Assembly: GCF_001194135.2 (NCBI RefSeq)
Contig: NC_068982.1
Span: forward strand, 65,340,558 to 65,404,519
Source: Octopus bimaculoides
Taxonomy: Eukaryota
Length of the DNA: 63,962 nt
Reading direction: 5' to 3'
This document shows, piece after piece, positions 38,257 to 51,700 of the stretch (positions are counted from its first letter, which is position 1; each line of letters starts with the position of its first letter). The notes beneath the pieces were generated by a model. That model saw only the letters and a list, made by a program, of their open reading frames with translations. It was not told where the DNA came from and did no database searches. A program made the position numbers and the translations under genes.

Positions 38257-38899
38257 TAACATCATTGCATTTTCTTTATGACGATTTTTCTAATGAGGGC
38301 AGCAATATATTTAGCCATGTTCTAACATGGCTCAATCACACACATCATGTATGCAAACACATACGCACACAAATATGTATATATATATTTGTATTTAAGT
38401 ATATATAAATATATGTATGTAAAAACGTGTATGTATATGTTTTAGAATATATATAAATATTCATAATATATATTTGTTTGTATATAAATATATATGTCTG
38501 TGTGTGTGTGTGTGTATATATATATACATACACACACACACACACATACATGTGTGTGTATACATATATACACACATGCATACACGTGTGTGTGTGTGTA
38601 TAATATTTAAATTTTGCTTTTTGGTAATTTATTTATTCATTTCTCATACTTTGAACTTTTGCTCCAGGCCCCGTCAAAAAAAAAAAAAAAAATCAATGTA
38701 AACACCCACCTCCTGCCCCATCCTGATCCCGTTAACCATAATTTTTTTTTAAATGTTTAAAAAAAAATAAACAAAGGAGAAATAAAAGAGAGAGAAAGAG
38801 AACATGTTAATACTAATAAATAATAATGGGTTCTTTTTATGAAGTCAGGAAGGATGTAAATTTATATATGCTGATTAACCACAAGATTTGTCATATTTT

Positions 38900-38983
38900 N
38901 NNNNNNNNNNNNNNNNNNNNNNNNNNNNNNNNNNNNNNNNNNNNNNNNNNNNNNNNNNNNNNNNNNNNNNNNNNNNNNNNNNN
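38900..38983. other. Assembly gap (N)
   Basis: Run of N. Confidence 1.
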
Positions 38984-41900
38984 AACTTTTACACTAGAAA
39001 TGCCTTCAGAATCAACAAAAATAAAACAAAATAAAAAAAAAGAACAAAAGATGATAAAATTTTTTTAAATAGTCTTTTGTACCTGAGACTTTTAGCTGTT
39101 AAGTCATTCCAAATATTTGCAGAAAAGTTACGTGCCAAACACACACAAAAAAAAAATAGTCTCACCTTTTTTTTTTGCTATGATTCCTATCAGTTTTAGA
39201 AATGTTTATTAATTCTAAATTCATTTAAAAAAAAGAAAAAAGAAAAAGCTATGACATATGTATAAACACACATGCACACGCACACACACATATATATATA
39301 TATTCATTTATTTGAAAGTTGAGGATTTTGTCTATCACTATTCTAAGTTTCTTGTGAAACATAGATACCAAAAATTCAGAGTAATGGCAGAAGGAAGCCT
39401 TTAACTTTAAATAAATGAACTCTGCTACATGTATTGAGTACTTTGTAAATCTGTGTGAGTGTATGTCTAAATACATATACATGTGTATATGTATCATTAT
39501 ATCTAAAGTAATGTTTGTCTTGGATGATGTTTCCATTCTCTGTAGTTATTCATGAGAATGAAGAAATTTATCAATCCCCCCCCCCCGACTCAAGATAATC
39601 TACTCCAGCTTCTGGATATATTTACACATTTGCCATTCTCCTGATCTTGCCCATACTTGGTCAAGCAGATCTACCAGGAGGTAAGGCAAGATAGTATGAC
39701 AGCAGTGATTAAATGCTCTAAAATACAGGATACTTCATTATAGTAGGACGGGGATTTTTCACTGGTATAAATACTTAATTTAAGATGAATGAATGTCTCC
39801 TCAAAAGTGTTTGGCAGTACTTCTTGATTGAATATGGTTGATTCTATGGTACTAGATTTGCTGGAGTAAACATGTCCTTGATATGGTTCTTAAGGAGCTT
39901 CTCTGAGAAACTACCTATTAGCTGAGTTAAGCATCCTGCCATGATTTCTAATGGATATTATCATCACCTTTTTCTTTTCACGCTTGCATGGACTGCATGG
40001 TTTTCCTCCAGTACAGTGTCTTACCACTTGTTGCTTTTGCTTATCTTCACGAGGTTCAGCATCCTGAGGTCAACCTTCACCACTTCTTCCTCAGTCTTCC
40101 TCTTCCACAGGTTCCTTCCAGTCAGATCACTTTGTACTTCTTTATTCACCTGTCATCTTCCATATACATCCCATATTTGTATCAGAACAGTCTTCTCTCA
40201 TTTCTATAGTGGCTGTTTATGGTAAATAACAGTAGCATAACTACCTCAGTCAGAGAAACTCACTATCCCTTTTGTGAAGCTCAATTTCACTCCTCATCTG
40301 AAGACTGATTTACTCTCCAAAACAGAGTAAACCATTTATTGCTGTATCATGGGCCACAGGTTACTGACATTAGTCTTTGCTTATGAAATGACATCTAGCA
40401 AGTTCATGTTTCCAACACACATTGATAATGTAACCCCACTTATCTCTACTGAGTAGTCTGCTGTTACTTAAATAAGGGGTTACTACTCTCTTTACCTTTA
40501 ACCCTTCCTGGGCTCTTGAGTATTGTCCTGAAATCTCTGTAATTTGAAATTCAGCTTCTATATCAGTTTCAGTATTTTCATGAATTGTATGTGCTAACTT
40601 TCGCTGAGGAACTTTTTTTTTTAGCTCAGCAATAAATGAAAAGACTTTCCCATAAGTTTCAATCTGTCTAAGAAACCTTCCTTTCTTATAATTACTGCTA
40701 CTGTGGCATGTGTTCATTTCACTTTGTGATGTCCCACTTGTCATCTCCCTACTGCTGTTTGAGAATGTAGTTATGTTGATTATGACGAGCAATATGAAGT
40801 GGAAGGTTCCACTTGCACCAGGTATTAAATGTGCCATTTGTTATCCCAATACCCATGGTCTTCAGAATGTAATATTAGAACTAGATATCATCTCAGTATC
40901 AGTTCATTTATATCAATGTACGTTTGAATACAAGTGAACAAAAGTATTTTTACATTTTAAATAAGCAAATTTATGACAGTGTCTCAGTTTGGGAACTGCA
41001 ACATAACCTACGAGACAGATGGCTTTGTAGGTTTTTTGGAGCAAGGTTATTCATGGCTCATCACTACCCTCTTTTTATCTTGTGGAAAGTTGAAGACAGA
41101 GCTGTTGTATACCCTTTCCACACCTCTATTCTTTGCTTTGTGAGCTCATATAATAAATGTATATATATATATATATATATATACACACGCACACACTCAG
41201 TCCAAGAATGGTTATGGTATTGTATTTATTTCTTTATTCCAATTGTTTCAATAATACATAATTCAGGTACATCATGAATATAAATATGTTTGTACAATGT
41301 TACAATATATAACATGTGAGCCATGTTCATCTCATCAGGTAACGGTCAAGAGAACAATATTGTTCATGATGTATCTGAACCATGAATTCTTGAAACAATC
41401 ATAATGATGGAATAAATGTAATAAATCTAAGCCTTCCATTCTTGTACTTACTGTATTTATGTTCTTTGACTAATGAATCATCCATGGAATTTCAGTTTGT
41501 ATGAATGGTTTCCTTTGAAACCATTCATTTCTATACACTTTGTTAGCCAATATTCACAGGAGTGATGAATGAGGATACAGCTTGAATGTGTAAGTCCCCT
41601 GTTATTATATATATAAGGGATAAAATGTATGGGACATCACTTTTCGATTAATGGCCACTTAAGTTCATATCTGTGTTAGTGTTTTCGAATTTCAATTTCT
41701 ATGTAATGTGCCTGGATTACAGAAGGATTGAGCCTGTGTATGCTGATGCATATCTGTGTGCATGATTGTGGCATGTATTAAATAAATTAATGGTGCTCAG
41801 ACTTCAAATTTATGTACTTTTTCTTCAATTGTCTTTTTCTTTTTAACATGGTTTCTTTCATGCTATCATGGATTGAATGGTTCTGTAAATTTAAACTTTT

Positions 41901-44900
41901 CTATTTGGAACAGATTATCTTATGGTTAAAATGTCCTTCCTAATGTTACCCAGTTTGAGTGATGCCTAATTTATCATCTTGGTTTCGACTAAGTACAGTA
42001 TACTTTTCTGAAAGGCAACAAAAATGCTGATGACCAGGTTTGAACTCATGACCTGTGTGTCTGCAGACCAGCATTTTAACCATCCACTCACCACACAATG
42101 TATAAAACTTTATGTGCATTTCATTTTTAGTGTAATACATGTATACCTGGTCTCAGGTGAATCTTACTTTTCGTTATGCTCCCTAAATGGAGGTGACAAC
42201 TTAAAAACCAACATCTCATGACCGGTGCAATGACTAGTGGTCAGAACATGGCTCAAGAGCATCTGAAAATGAGTATTAAAGCCTTTGGCTTATTTTCATA
42301 TTAAGAAGGAATTTCAAACTTAAAATACTTGATGTGTTCTGAGTATTAATATTCATGTTATATTACTATGTTGTTGTTCTGTTCAGTTCAGTCCAGTCCA
42401 TATGTTTATTGGAGGGTGGTAATTAGGAGGTTTTTTGTTTTCGTGTTAAGTATTTGGGTCCAAATGACACCTCCCACGACCACCACTTACCAGTATGGTG
42501 TTTAAAAAAAAATACAACAAAACACTATAAAGTAACATTAATATTTTCTACAATAGAATTCAATGCAGCAGAATGTTATGCTTGTCCAACTTTACTAAGG
42601 ACAGCACATTTTACAATGATTGGAATGAGGTTTTAGTTTTTACATTGTATTTTTTGATTTTTTTTTTTTTTAAATCTATTATGGTAAAAAAAAAATTGAA
42701 AAAAAATTCAGTGTCCCCCAGAAATGTATTAAAATTTCTTAAATATTCAATACAGGTAGTCTTCCTAACTAGGCAGGTAGTTTTGTTATCTATGAATTAA
42801 TCTGTGCAGGTAGTAGTTCTATTAGATAGGTTAAATGGTGTTATTATTACTATCTATATTGTTGGTTTGTAAATAAAGGAGGATAACACTTATTCTGTTA
42901 CAAACACCTTTATCATCATCATCCTCTTATCTCGATGAGGGAACCTCTATGCAAGCAATTCAGACCTGCAAGAAATAAGAGCCTAATCTCTCTCAGACTA
43001 TACCCTGCCATTTTAAATAAAGAATGACAGGTAGGACAATGATATATATATATATAACATAAATGGAATGCTTTTGATCATAGTTCTACTTAGTTTTCAT
43101 TAGTTTGGCTAGCAAGGTAAAAAAATGAGGTTAATACCGAATATATTCTATGCAACTTCGTGTATTTTTTCTTCTTTTTTTTTTATATAGTTTAATAACC
43201 AGATTCTATCTTATCTTTCAATAATCAATATATAATTTATTCTTTTATCGCTGTAAAGGAATCAGATAATTCATAAGATATGACCAATAAGACAGCTTCA
43301 GTCTGTTAGAAATAGCAGCCAAATCTCCCTCAACTTGCGACTTACTGGCTCAAAATATCAACAGAGAAGGACATATTGGATAACGTTGCTCTAGGTAGAC
43401 ATTACGATTAATCCAGGATAGTTATGTTGGAATGCCTATGATCAGAGGCCTGTTCAAACAAGATACAGCCTAGAGCTCAACAACAAAAGCTTTTGTTTGA
43501 TGCTTGCTTTATTTGTATAAGGGGTTCTGTGATGATGTTCTGAAACTAGTTTGTCAACAGAGTAAGGCTTAGATATTCTAGAATTTTCTAATTTATTTAC
43601 TTATTTTATTTGTTCATCTCCTTTTTCTCTCTGAGATGAGTTTCAAGTATCGTCATTTTTGTCAAAAACAATTAAATCAATTACAATTATAACTATTAAT
43701 TTAATCTTACAAATTAAGTGCATGGAAATCAAAAAAAAAAAAAATGTCATGTGAAATACTTTGGCTGCCGAAATATTCTTTATTTGGAGAAGGAAAACAT
43801 TAGATGGAAGATTCAAGTTTTAAGAGTCTTACTCCAATAGAAACTTAACTTTTTCTAGTTATTCCACTCCAGATAAGCATTTAGTAGGTCCACATCATTG
43901 CTCTTTGTTTTAAGATAAAGAGAAATTTTTCTTTTCTGTTTTTATAAACTTTATCCCCTTTCCCTTAATTTCCTAGTTCTATAGTTCTTACACATTTTCA
44001 ATTCAAGTTAAATCTCCCATTGGGAATCAGATTGTTGAATATATTAGTGGTGAAATAAGTCATAACTGCTATGTGATCAATGTAAATTTTGGTAGAGACC
44101 CTTCACAGAAGTAAACTAGCAAGTGAAGTTCAATTGTAATAATACATACATTATATATATTGATATATATATAATACACACACACACACACATATATATA
44201 TATAGCATGCTAATGTGCCTACAATCCAGTGACTGAAGCTAATAAAAGAAATTAATTATACACATAATGGAAATTTTCATTTTCAAGTCTTTTTTTTTTC
44301 TCTCTTAATTTCTGTTTTTACATTTTATTTTTCAGTTTTTCAATACAATTCATTGTATTGAAGTTTGAAATTGATAAAATTGATGTAATTCTATAAATTA
44401 AATTCAAAGGAAGCACAAAAGCTGGAATTAAAACTTTAACTTCCTGTATTTAAAAAAAAGGGGGGGGGATCCAATTTCAATCTTTCTTTATACTACATTT
44501 TTATTCAAGTTTAATGTTTTTTTAACTTTTCATCTCCAATTTCAGTTTATAAATGAAAAGTTCCCAAAATACACACAAAATGAATTAAGTGGGCTTTAGT
44601 TGAAATTATATATATATATATACACACATATTTATAGGTTAAAGATTAACTTTTAACTCCCCTGTTTTGCACCCAATCGTTTTAGAGTATCTTTGTGTGA
44701 TACATACAGGACTTCATATAATAGTTATTAAGTTTTTGTTATCTAGTCCTACCTTCTCATATTTGTGGTCTAGTGTATATCATCTGGTTATATATATATA
44801 GTGCACACCACCTCAATCCCAGCCAACCCTTTAGAATAAGTGAATAATTATAGTTATTTCCCCAACCCTCTTCCATTGTTAGAGCTGTGTAATATGGGTG

Positions 44901-47667
44901 TTATGTCATATATATCATGCATGTAACAAATAGATATCCCACAGTAAAGGAGAACGGATCTTAGCACAGATCTTCAAGTTGAAAATGACTTTCTAAAAGA
45001 AAGAATTTTTTTCTTTCACAAAAAGGAAAGAGGTTGACTATGAGAACGAAATGGGATGATATATGCATTAAAGTAAAAAAACAAAAAAAGAGACATCATC
45101 TCCCTTCTCTAATTCTAAAACAGAATTGGTTCTAATGAGCCGACATAGTTACACCACTAATGCAAACAAAGATATTGGAAATGTCTGACTTTAATACATT
45201 GCTTACCCCGAAATACATTGGCTACAGATTGGCAGCAGTGTATGACAAAATTGTTAATTTTACTTACTAAATTTACTAACAAGCGTCATTTTGCAGATTT
45301 TCTTTAGAAATTTTTTTTTCCTATTTATAGCTTGTGTGCTTCATTTTTGTTTTGCTTTGTTTTTCCTTTTTTCAAAGAGGAGGGGATGGAAAGCATTATA
45401 GCATGAAAATAAGTTATCTGTTTTTTATATATAAATATATATATAATCATCCCAACAAAACATCCCCATCTTCCTGTCCCAATCTTTAGTATTTATAAGA
45501 GTAGTTACCTATATACGCAATATAATCGCTATTGAACTTCAAAATTATTTCAAAACAATTCTTTTGTTTAACATGGTTTTAAGAAAAAAAACCAAAACTA
45601 CCAGGAAGTAACAGCAGCAATAATTTCCTATAAAATCTCGCCTAGTCAGTATATTTGGAAATAAACATATAATTCAGCATTACAACCATTAAAATTTCAG
45701 TTCATTCTTATTTCCTCAAAATAAAACTGCTAAAATTTTTTTTTATAAATCCAATGTTTTTATGGATTTTTTTTTTGATTTTTTAAATCTCCCTTCATTC
45801 CTTGTCAGAAGTGGGAGTTTAATGTTTCATTTGTCAAAGAAATTGTCACAGCCTCTCATTCTATCATCAAATCTCAACTTACAGATGATTTAACAGGTAG
45901 AAAGGTAAAAGTCTATTTTATACCAACAAAGATCTGAACTTCTTTATACTTTTTTCTACTGATTCTTCTCACACTTTTGTTAGTTTTTTTTTTAATTTTC
46001 TTTTTGTCTTGAATTCTTTGGAGAGAAATAAAACAAAAACAAGAGTCTTGTTAGTTTCATGTCATTATTATTATTATTATTATTATATTGATGTTTAAGG
46101 TGGTAATCTGGCAGAATTGTTAGCACAGAGCCCCACAGAGGTCAACTTTGCATTTCATCCTTTAGGAATCAAAATGAAGTACCAGTCAAATATTTGGTTC
46201 AATGTAACCAACTAGTCTCCTCCCATATTTCAAGCACAAGGCCTGAAATATGGGAGGAGAAATTGTGCCATATTTCTTTCAGGTATATTAGAAATAATTA
46301 TTATTGTGCTTAAGGTAGCAAACTGACAGAATCATTAGCAGGGTTGATGAAATAGTAGTTGAACATTGAGATCAATGTAATCAACTAATCCCTTCCCCTC
46401 AAAACCTGAAACCTTTATTCAGAAGTTTAAACAGATTTGTATATAACTGATTGGGATACAATTAGGTTGTTATTGTACATGCAGTAGGATGGAACCTGAA
46501 ATGTGCTTGCAAAGCAAATTTCTTAACCACACAACCATTGATAGCAATCATATATATGTTTATGTGTGTCTGTCATTGTCATTTAACATCCATTTTCTCA
46601 TGCTTGCATGAATTGGATGAAATTTGTTGAGGCAGATTTTCTGTGGCTGGTTGCTGCCTCTGTTATCAACGCTCACCTGGTTTCAATCAAGGTAATATCT
46701 CTCATGGCCTGACATGTTTTACACATAAAATAGAAAACAAACATCACTTGTATAACAGTTATGCTTATTTACAACCATCATGTGATGTCAGGACAAGGGT
46801 ACACACACACACACACTTATATGGCAAGCTTCTTTCAGTTTCCATCAACCAAATTACTCACAAGGTTTTAGTCAGCCTGGAGCTATAGTAGAAAACACTT
46901 GCCCAGGGTGTTATGCAGTGAGTTTGATCTCAGAAGCACATGGCTGGAAAGCAAGCTTCTTGACCACACAGCCATACCTGTGCCTATTGTGCAAGTGTGT
47001 GTATCATCATCGTTTTAATATCCACTATTCCATACTTGCATGGATCAGATGGAGTTTATTGAGGCAGATTTTCTATAGCCAAATGTCCTTCCTGTCACCA
47101 ACTCTCACCTGTTTCCAAGTAAAGTAATATTTCCCCATGATCAGACATATTAATGGAAGGTTGAAAATGAATGACACTGCTTGTATGTCAGTGACACAAC
47201 TATCACATGATGTTAGGCAAGGAGCCAGTAACACACACACAAAACAAAGGGCTTCTTTTGGTTTCTCTGTACCAAATCCTCTCACAAGGCTTTGGTCAGC
47301 ATGGGGCTAAAGTAAAAGACACTTGCCATGCAGTGGGACTAAATTCAGAACCATGCAAACTTCTTACCACATAGCAATGCCTGTGACTAGGAACATATTC
47401 GGTATACTTTCCTGAAAGAACAACTACTTGACAAAATTACCCCCTATGATGTTTTCATAAAAGCTAACTCTGAATTGGAGTGGTAGAAAAAAAGAACAAG
47501 TTCACAACAATGAAAGAACAATAACATTATTGAGGAAAAATACAGGGAATTTACATTGCATTTAGTCCAATGTTGACAATGACATTTGAAGATCCATACA
47601 ATATGGAAACAAATCCCAGCCACAGATTCGCAATAATGAAGCACTGTTTGGTATAAGCTGATTGCCA

Positions 47668-47759
47668 TCAATCTTCACTGTCTGATACCCCATCAACCTC
47701 ATCTTCTTCAGGTATGGGGTAGCGCAAGAGGGCAGCTACACCAGTGAGTTGACCAAGCT
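47668..47759 (-). CDS. PELO: PELO last exon (LGQLTGVAALLRYPIPEEDEVDGVSDSED*)
   Basis: cttgtag acceptor; the phase-1 codon C|AG gives Gln; TGA stop at 47670-47668. Confidence 0.96.
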
Positions 47760-48685
47760 CTACAAGCAAAAATAGAACTGCATTATTACAAAAATACATG
47801 TGCATATGTGTATATATAAATGTAAGTTTGTGTGTATACATGTGTGTGGGTGTACACATACACACATATGAAAATGTAAGTTTGTATGTGCCTTCATTTG
47901 TTTTACTTTTGTTTTGTTTTTCTATGATATTTAGGCATCGTTGTACAGCTGGATGTTCTGGTCACTAACTCTTGTTTTTTATGTAAGGAATCCCTTGTTC
48001 CAAGCTTCAGAGGCATGAAATGAAAGGATATTTTATAGACAGGGAAATACCAATAAAGACATTACACAAACATTGATTTTTTTTTTGAAAGAATCCAACA
48101 ACGCCGAGATTTGCATTGAGCTCCAATGTCTACTTTAGCAAAGTTTCCATGACTGCATACCTTTCCTAATGCCAACCACTTCACAGGATGTATTGGTTGC
48201 CTTTCTTTCATGATACTGACAGTAGTGAGGGGTCACCAAGTAACTCACGGGACAAGATCCCCCTCAAATGAGTGAAGCTGCAGTATTCAGGGCATCGTTT
48301 TTATGTCCACTTTTCTACGCTTGAATGTGCCAGATGGAGATTATCAAGGCAGGTTTTCTACACCCAGATGCCCTTCCTGTCCAAGTAAGGTAATATTTCC
48401 TCATGACCAGACATACTTTCACAGAAGATTGAAAATAAAAGACACTGCTTGTATGATGGTGACACTCCTTTATAGCTATTATGTCATGTCAAGACATGGA
48501 AACACAAACATAGACACACACATGCATATATGAATTTTTTTCAGTTTCCATCTTCCAAATCTACTTATTAGATTTTGGTCAGCCCAGGGTCTTGTGCAAT
48601 AGGATGGAACCCAAAACGTGGTTGGAAAGCAAACTTTATAACCATACACACATGCACAGACACACACACCACCACCACCACCACC

Positions 48686-48719
<34 letters not shown>

Positions 48720-51700
48720 TCGTTTAACGTCCGCTTTCCATGCTAGCATGGGTTGGACGATTTGACTGAGGACTGGTGAAACCGGATGGCAACACCAGGC
48801 TCCAGTCTGATTTGGCAGAGTTTCTACAGCTGGATGCCCTTCCTAACGCCAACCACTCAGAGTTCCATGCTACTATGGGTTTGATGGTTTAACAGGATCT
48901 GAGGACTGCATGGTTTCACTGTGTTATGGTTTGAATATCTGAATCAGTTCTATTAAATGCATTTCTCTCATTTGCAAATCCAAATGCTTGTATATATACA
49001 CACAAATACCTACAGAGACACAGACCACTCTACCAAATCTATTGAGAACTCTTTCTGTTTTGTATGTACTTTTTTATTATTAGTTTTATATGAAGGAAAG
49101 ATCATGCTCAAGGCCTTTACAAATCTTTCAATATCCATGAGACAGTCATGGTTATAGTCCCAGGTGAGCAGTTGCAGGAAAAACATGTAAAGGGTGAAAA
49201 TCTAGAAGGCGTACTTCCTAAGAAAGTACAACTGGACAAATGTGTGGTAATGGTGGTAGTAGGAATACATGGGTGACAAGTGAAAAAATGAGTTCAGAGT
49301 GCTTCAGTAGAGGCAGTACAAGAGCAGGCAGTTCTGAGAAGTGAGGCCACTGAAGTAGATAAGGAAAAGACAAGAAGATACAGTATATCTAGGGGCCAGA
49401 GGTTTGAGAATATATAGTATTTGGCAGCAACTTCAAACCAATCAGTGAAATGGCCTTGGAATGCAGTCATAGATGTCTGTTTCTTGTTGCAACAACACTA
49501 TTCCAAATGTGGGGAGACATCCCATGGTGGGTGGGTATGAACCAACTTTTGTAAAGAGTTGTTGTTGGGAGCTGAAGCATTTTCTAGCTCTAAAGAAGGA
49601 GGTCAATCTTTGTGATGCAATCTTTGGCTCTACCAAGGATGTGTTTCTGCTGGAAGACTTCCTCACCATCATCTCATTTAACATCCATTTTACCGTGCTG
49701 GCATGGGTCGGACGGTTTGATAGGAGTTGGCCAGTCAGAAAGCTGTCCAGGCTCCATTTGTCTATTTCTATGGCTGGATGCCCTTCCTAATGCCAACCAC
49801 TTTACAGAGTGTGCTGCATACTTTTTACATGTTATCGGCATGGGTACAGTTATGTGGCACTGGCACAAGTGCATTTGACATGGCATTGGCATGAGTGCAT
49901 TTTATGTGATGATAAAGTCCAGTATTGGTGGCAATCACAAAAGCTGTAGATATGCGCAGTCCTTGTTGGGATCAGTGGTGGAATCAATGTTATTTTCTTC
50001 GTATGTGCAGTAATTGTGTCTTTGCAAGTGTTGAAAGTGACAAGACTGGCATAATCCCATTGAAGGATGGCGTTGCGGTCTCTGTGATCATGGAGTTGGG
50101 GTAGATTAGGTGTAAGGGTGTCTAGGTTGCATGTGGATGACACTAAGCTGGAGATGGAGGGGAATGAAGGGATTATCAGCATAAAAATGCGTCTTTTGAA
50201 GTGACAGCAAATAGGTCACTGTTACGTATGAAAGAGGAAGTATGTAGGAACATAACTGAGCTCTAGGAGACACCAGAATTGTTAGGGTATGGATCAGAGG
50301 GAGCTTCATACGTAATCACAATAATGGTGCAATCTAAACAAGAAGCCACTAATCCAAAAGCAAGACAGGGATCGCACAGTTGAGAAAATTTGCCAGGTTT
50401 GTGTACCAGACCGTCAAAAACTGTTGATATCAAGGGTAAAAGTGTGGAGAGGGGGAGTGGAGAGAGAATATAAAACCTTTAAGCAACACTTACGTTCTCC
50501 TGAGACGTGCAGACTAGAAAAGATCTTAACGTCTGCTCCGTTTTCTTTTACTTTATCCACCAAAGCAACATAGCGCTGTCGCTTTTGAATATCCCTGGAT
50601 CTAAAGGAAGGAAGGGAGACAATCTTAATACAACTTAAATAAAATTTTATTTCCTATATTTTGACTGTAACAGTTATAGGAATGAACGTTTTTAAGTTAG
50701 GATATTTTGCTCCTGGTAAAGATTTTAAGCCAAAAATGAAGCTTAAAGAATACAGGTCAATTACAAAGAACAATGTAAACCACAAGTAAAGATGAGTTTT
50801 ATGAACTTCTTTTGCAGCTTCTAGTACACATTTCACATTTGTTCCAAAATGTACCCTACTTATAATATCAAAATTCCTCTCTTCACACCACACACACACA
50901 CATATCTTATTTTACTTATTTCATATATTGTTTGATCATTATTTTTTGGGGGAGTAAGTATATAATGTGTAGTTTCTTGAACATAAGGTGCTTTTTCGTA
51001 AAATCACATTTTGGTCTCAGTTAATTATTATACAGTATTCCTACTGTTTCTGACAACAAATTGCCAGTTATTAGAGCATGAGATAAAATGTCCCACAGTA
51101 ATGTTCTGACTCTCTTACATTCTGAGTTTAAATCCTGCCAAAGTAAACTTTGCTTTTCATCATTTGATGTCCTTGTTCCAATACTGGCACAGGATGGATG
51201 GTTTGATAGAATCCAACAACGCCGAGATTTGCATTGAGCTCCAATGTCTACTTTAGCAAAGTTTCCATGACTGCATACCTTTCCTAATGCCAACCACTTC
51301 ACAGGATGTATTGGTTGCCTTTCTTTCATGATACTGACAGTAGTGAGGGGTCACCAAGTAACTCACGAGACAAGATCCCCCTCAAATGAGTGAAGCTGCA
51401 GTATTCAGGGCAGTGGCTTTGTGCCAGATGTTGTGAAGCAAGAGTATGACAGCTGGAGAGGAGCAGGTGTCTTGCTATAGAGAAGATATATGGCTATCCC
51501 ATGTCAGTGGAGGCGCAATGGCCCAGTGGTTAGGGCAGCGGACTCACGGTCATAGGATCACGGTTTCGATTCCCAGACCGGGCGTTGTGAGTGTTTATTG
51601 AGCGAAAACACCTAAAGCTCCACGAGGTTCCGGCAAGGGATGGTGGCGAACCCTGCTGTACTCTTTCACCACAACTTTCTCTCACTCTTACTTCCTGTTT

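Noticed and set aside
51509-51585. tRNA-like sequence with A and B boxes (also at 1330-1405, 19837 and 22275-22349)
   Set aside because: It is the head of a multi-copy SINE with body, tail and TSDs, not a free-standing tRNA gene.
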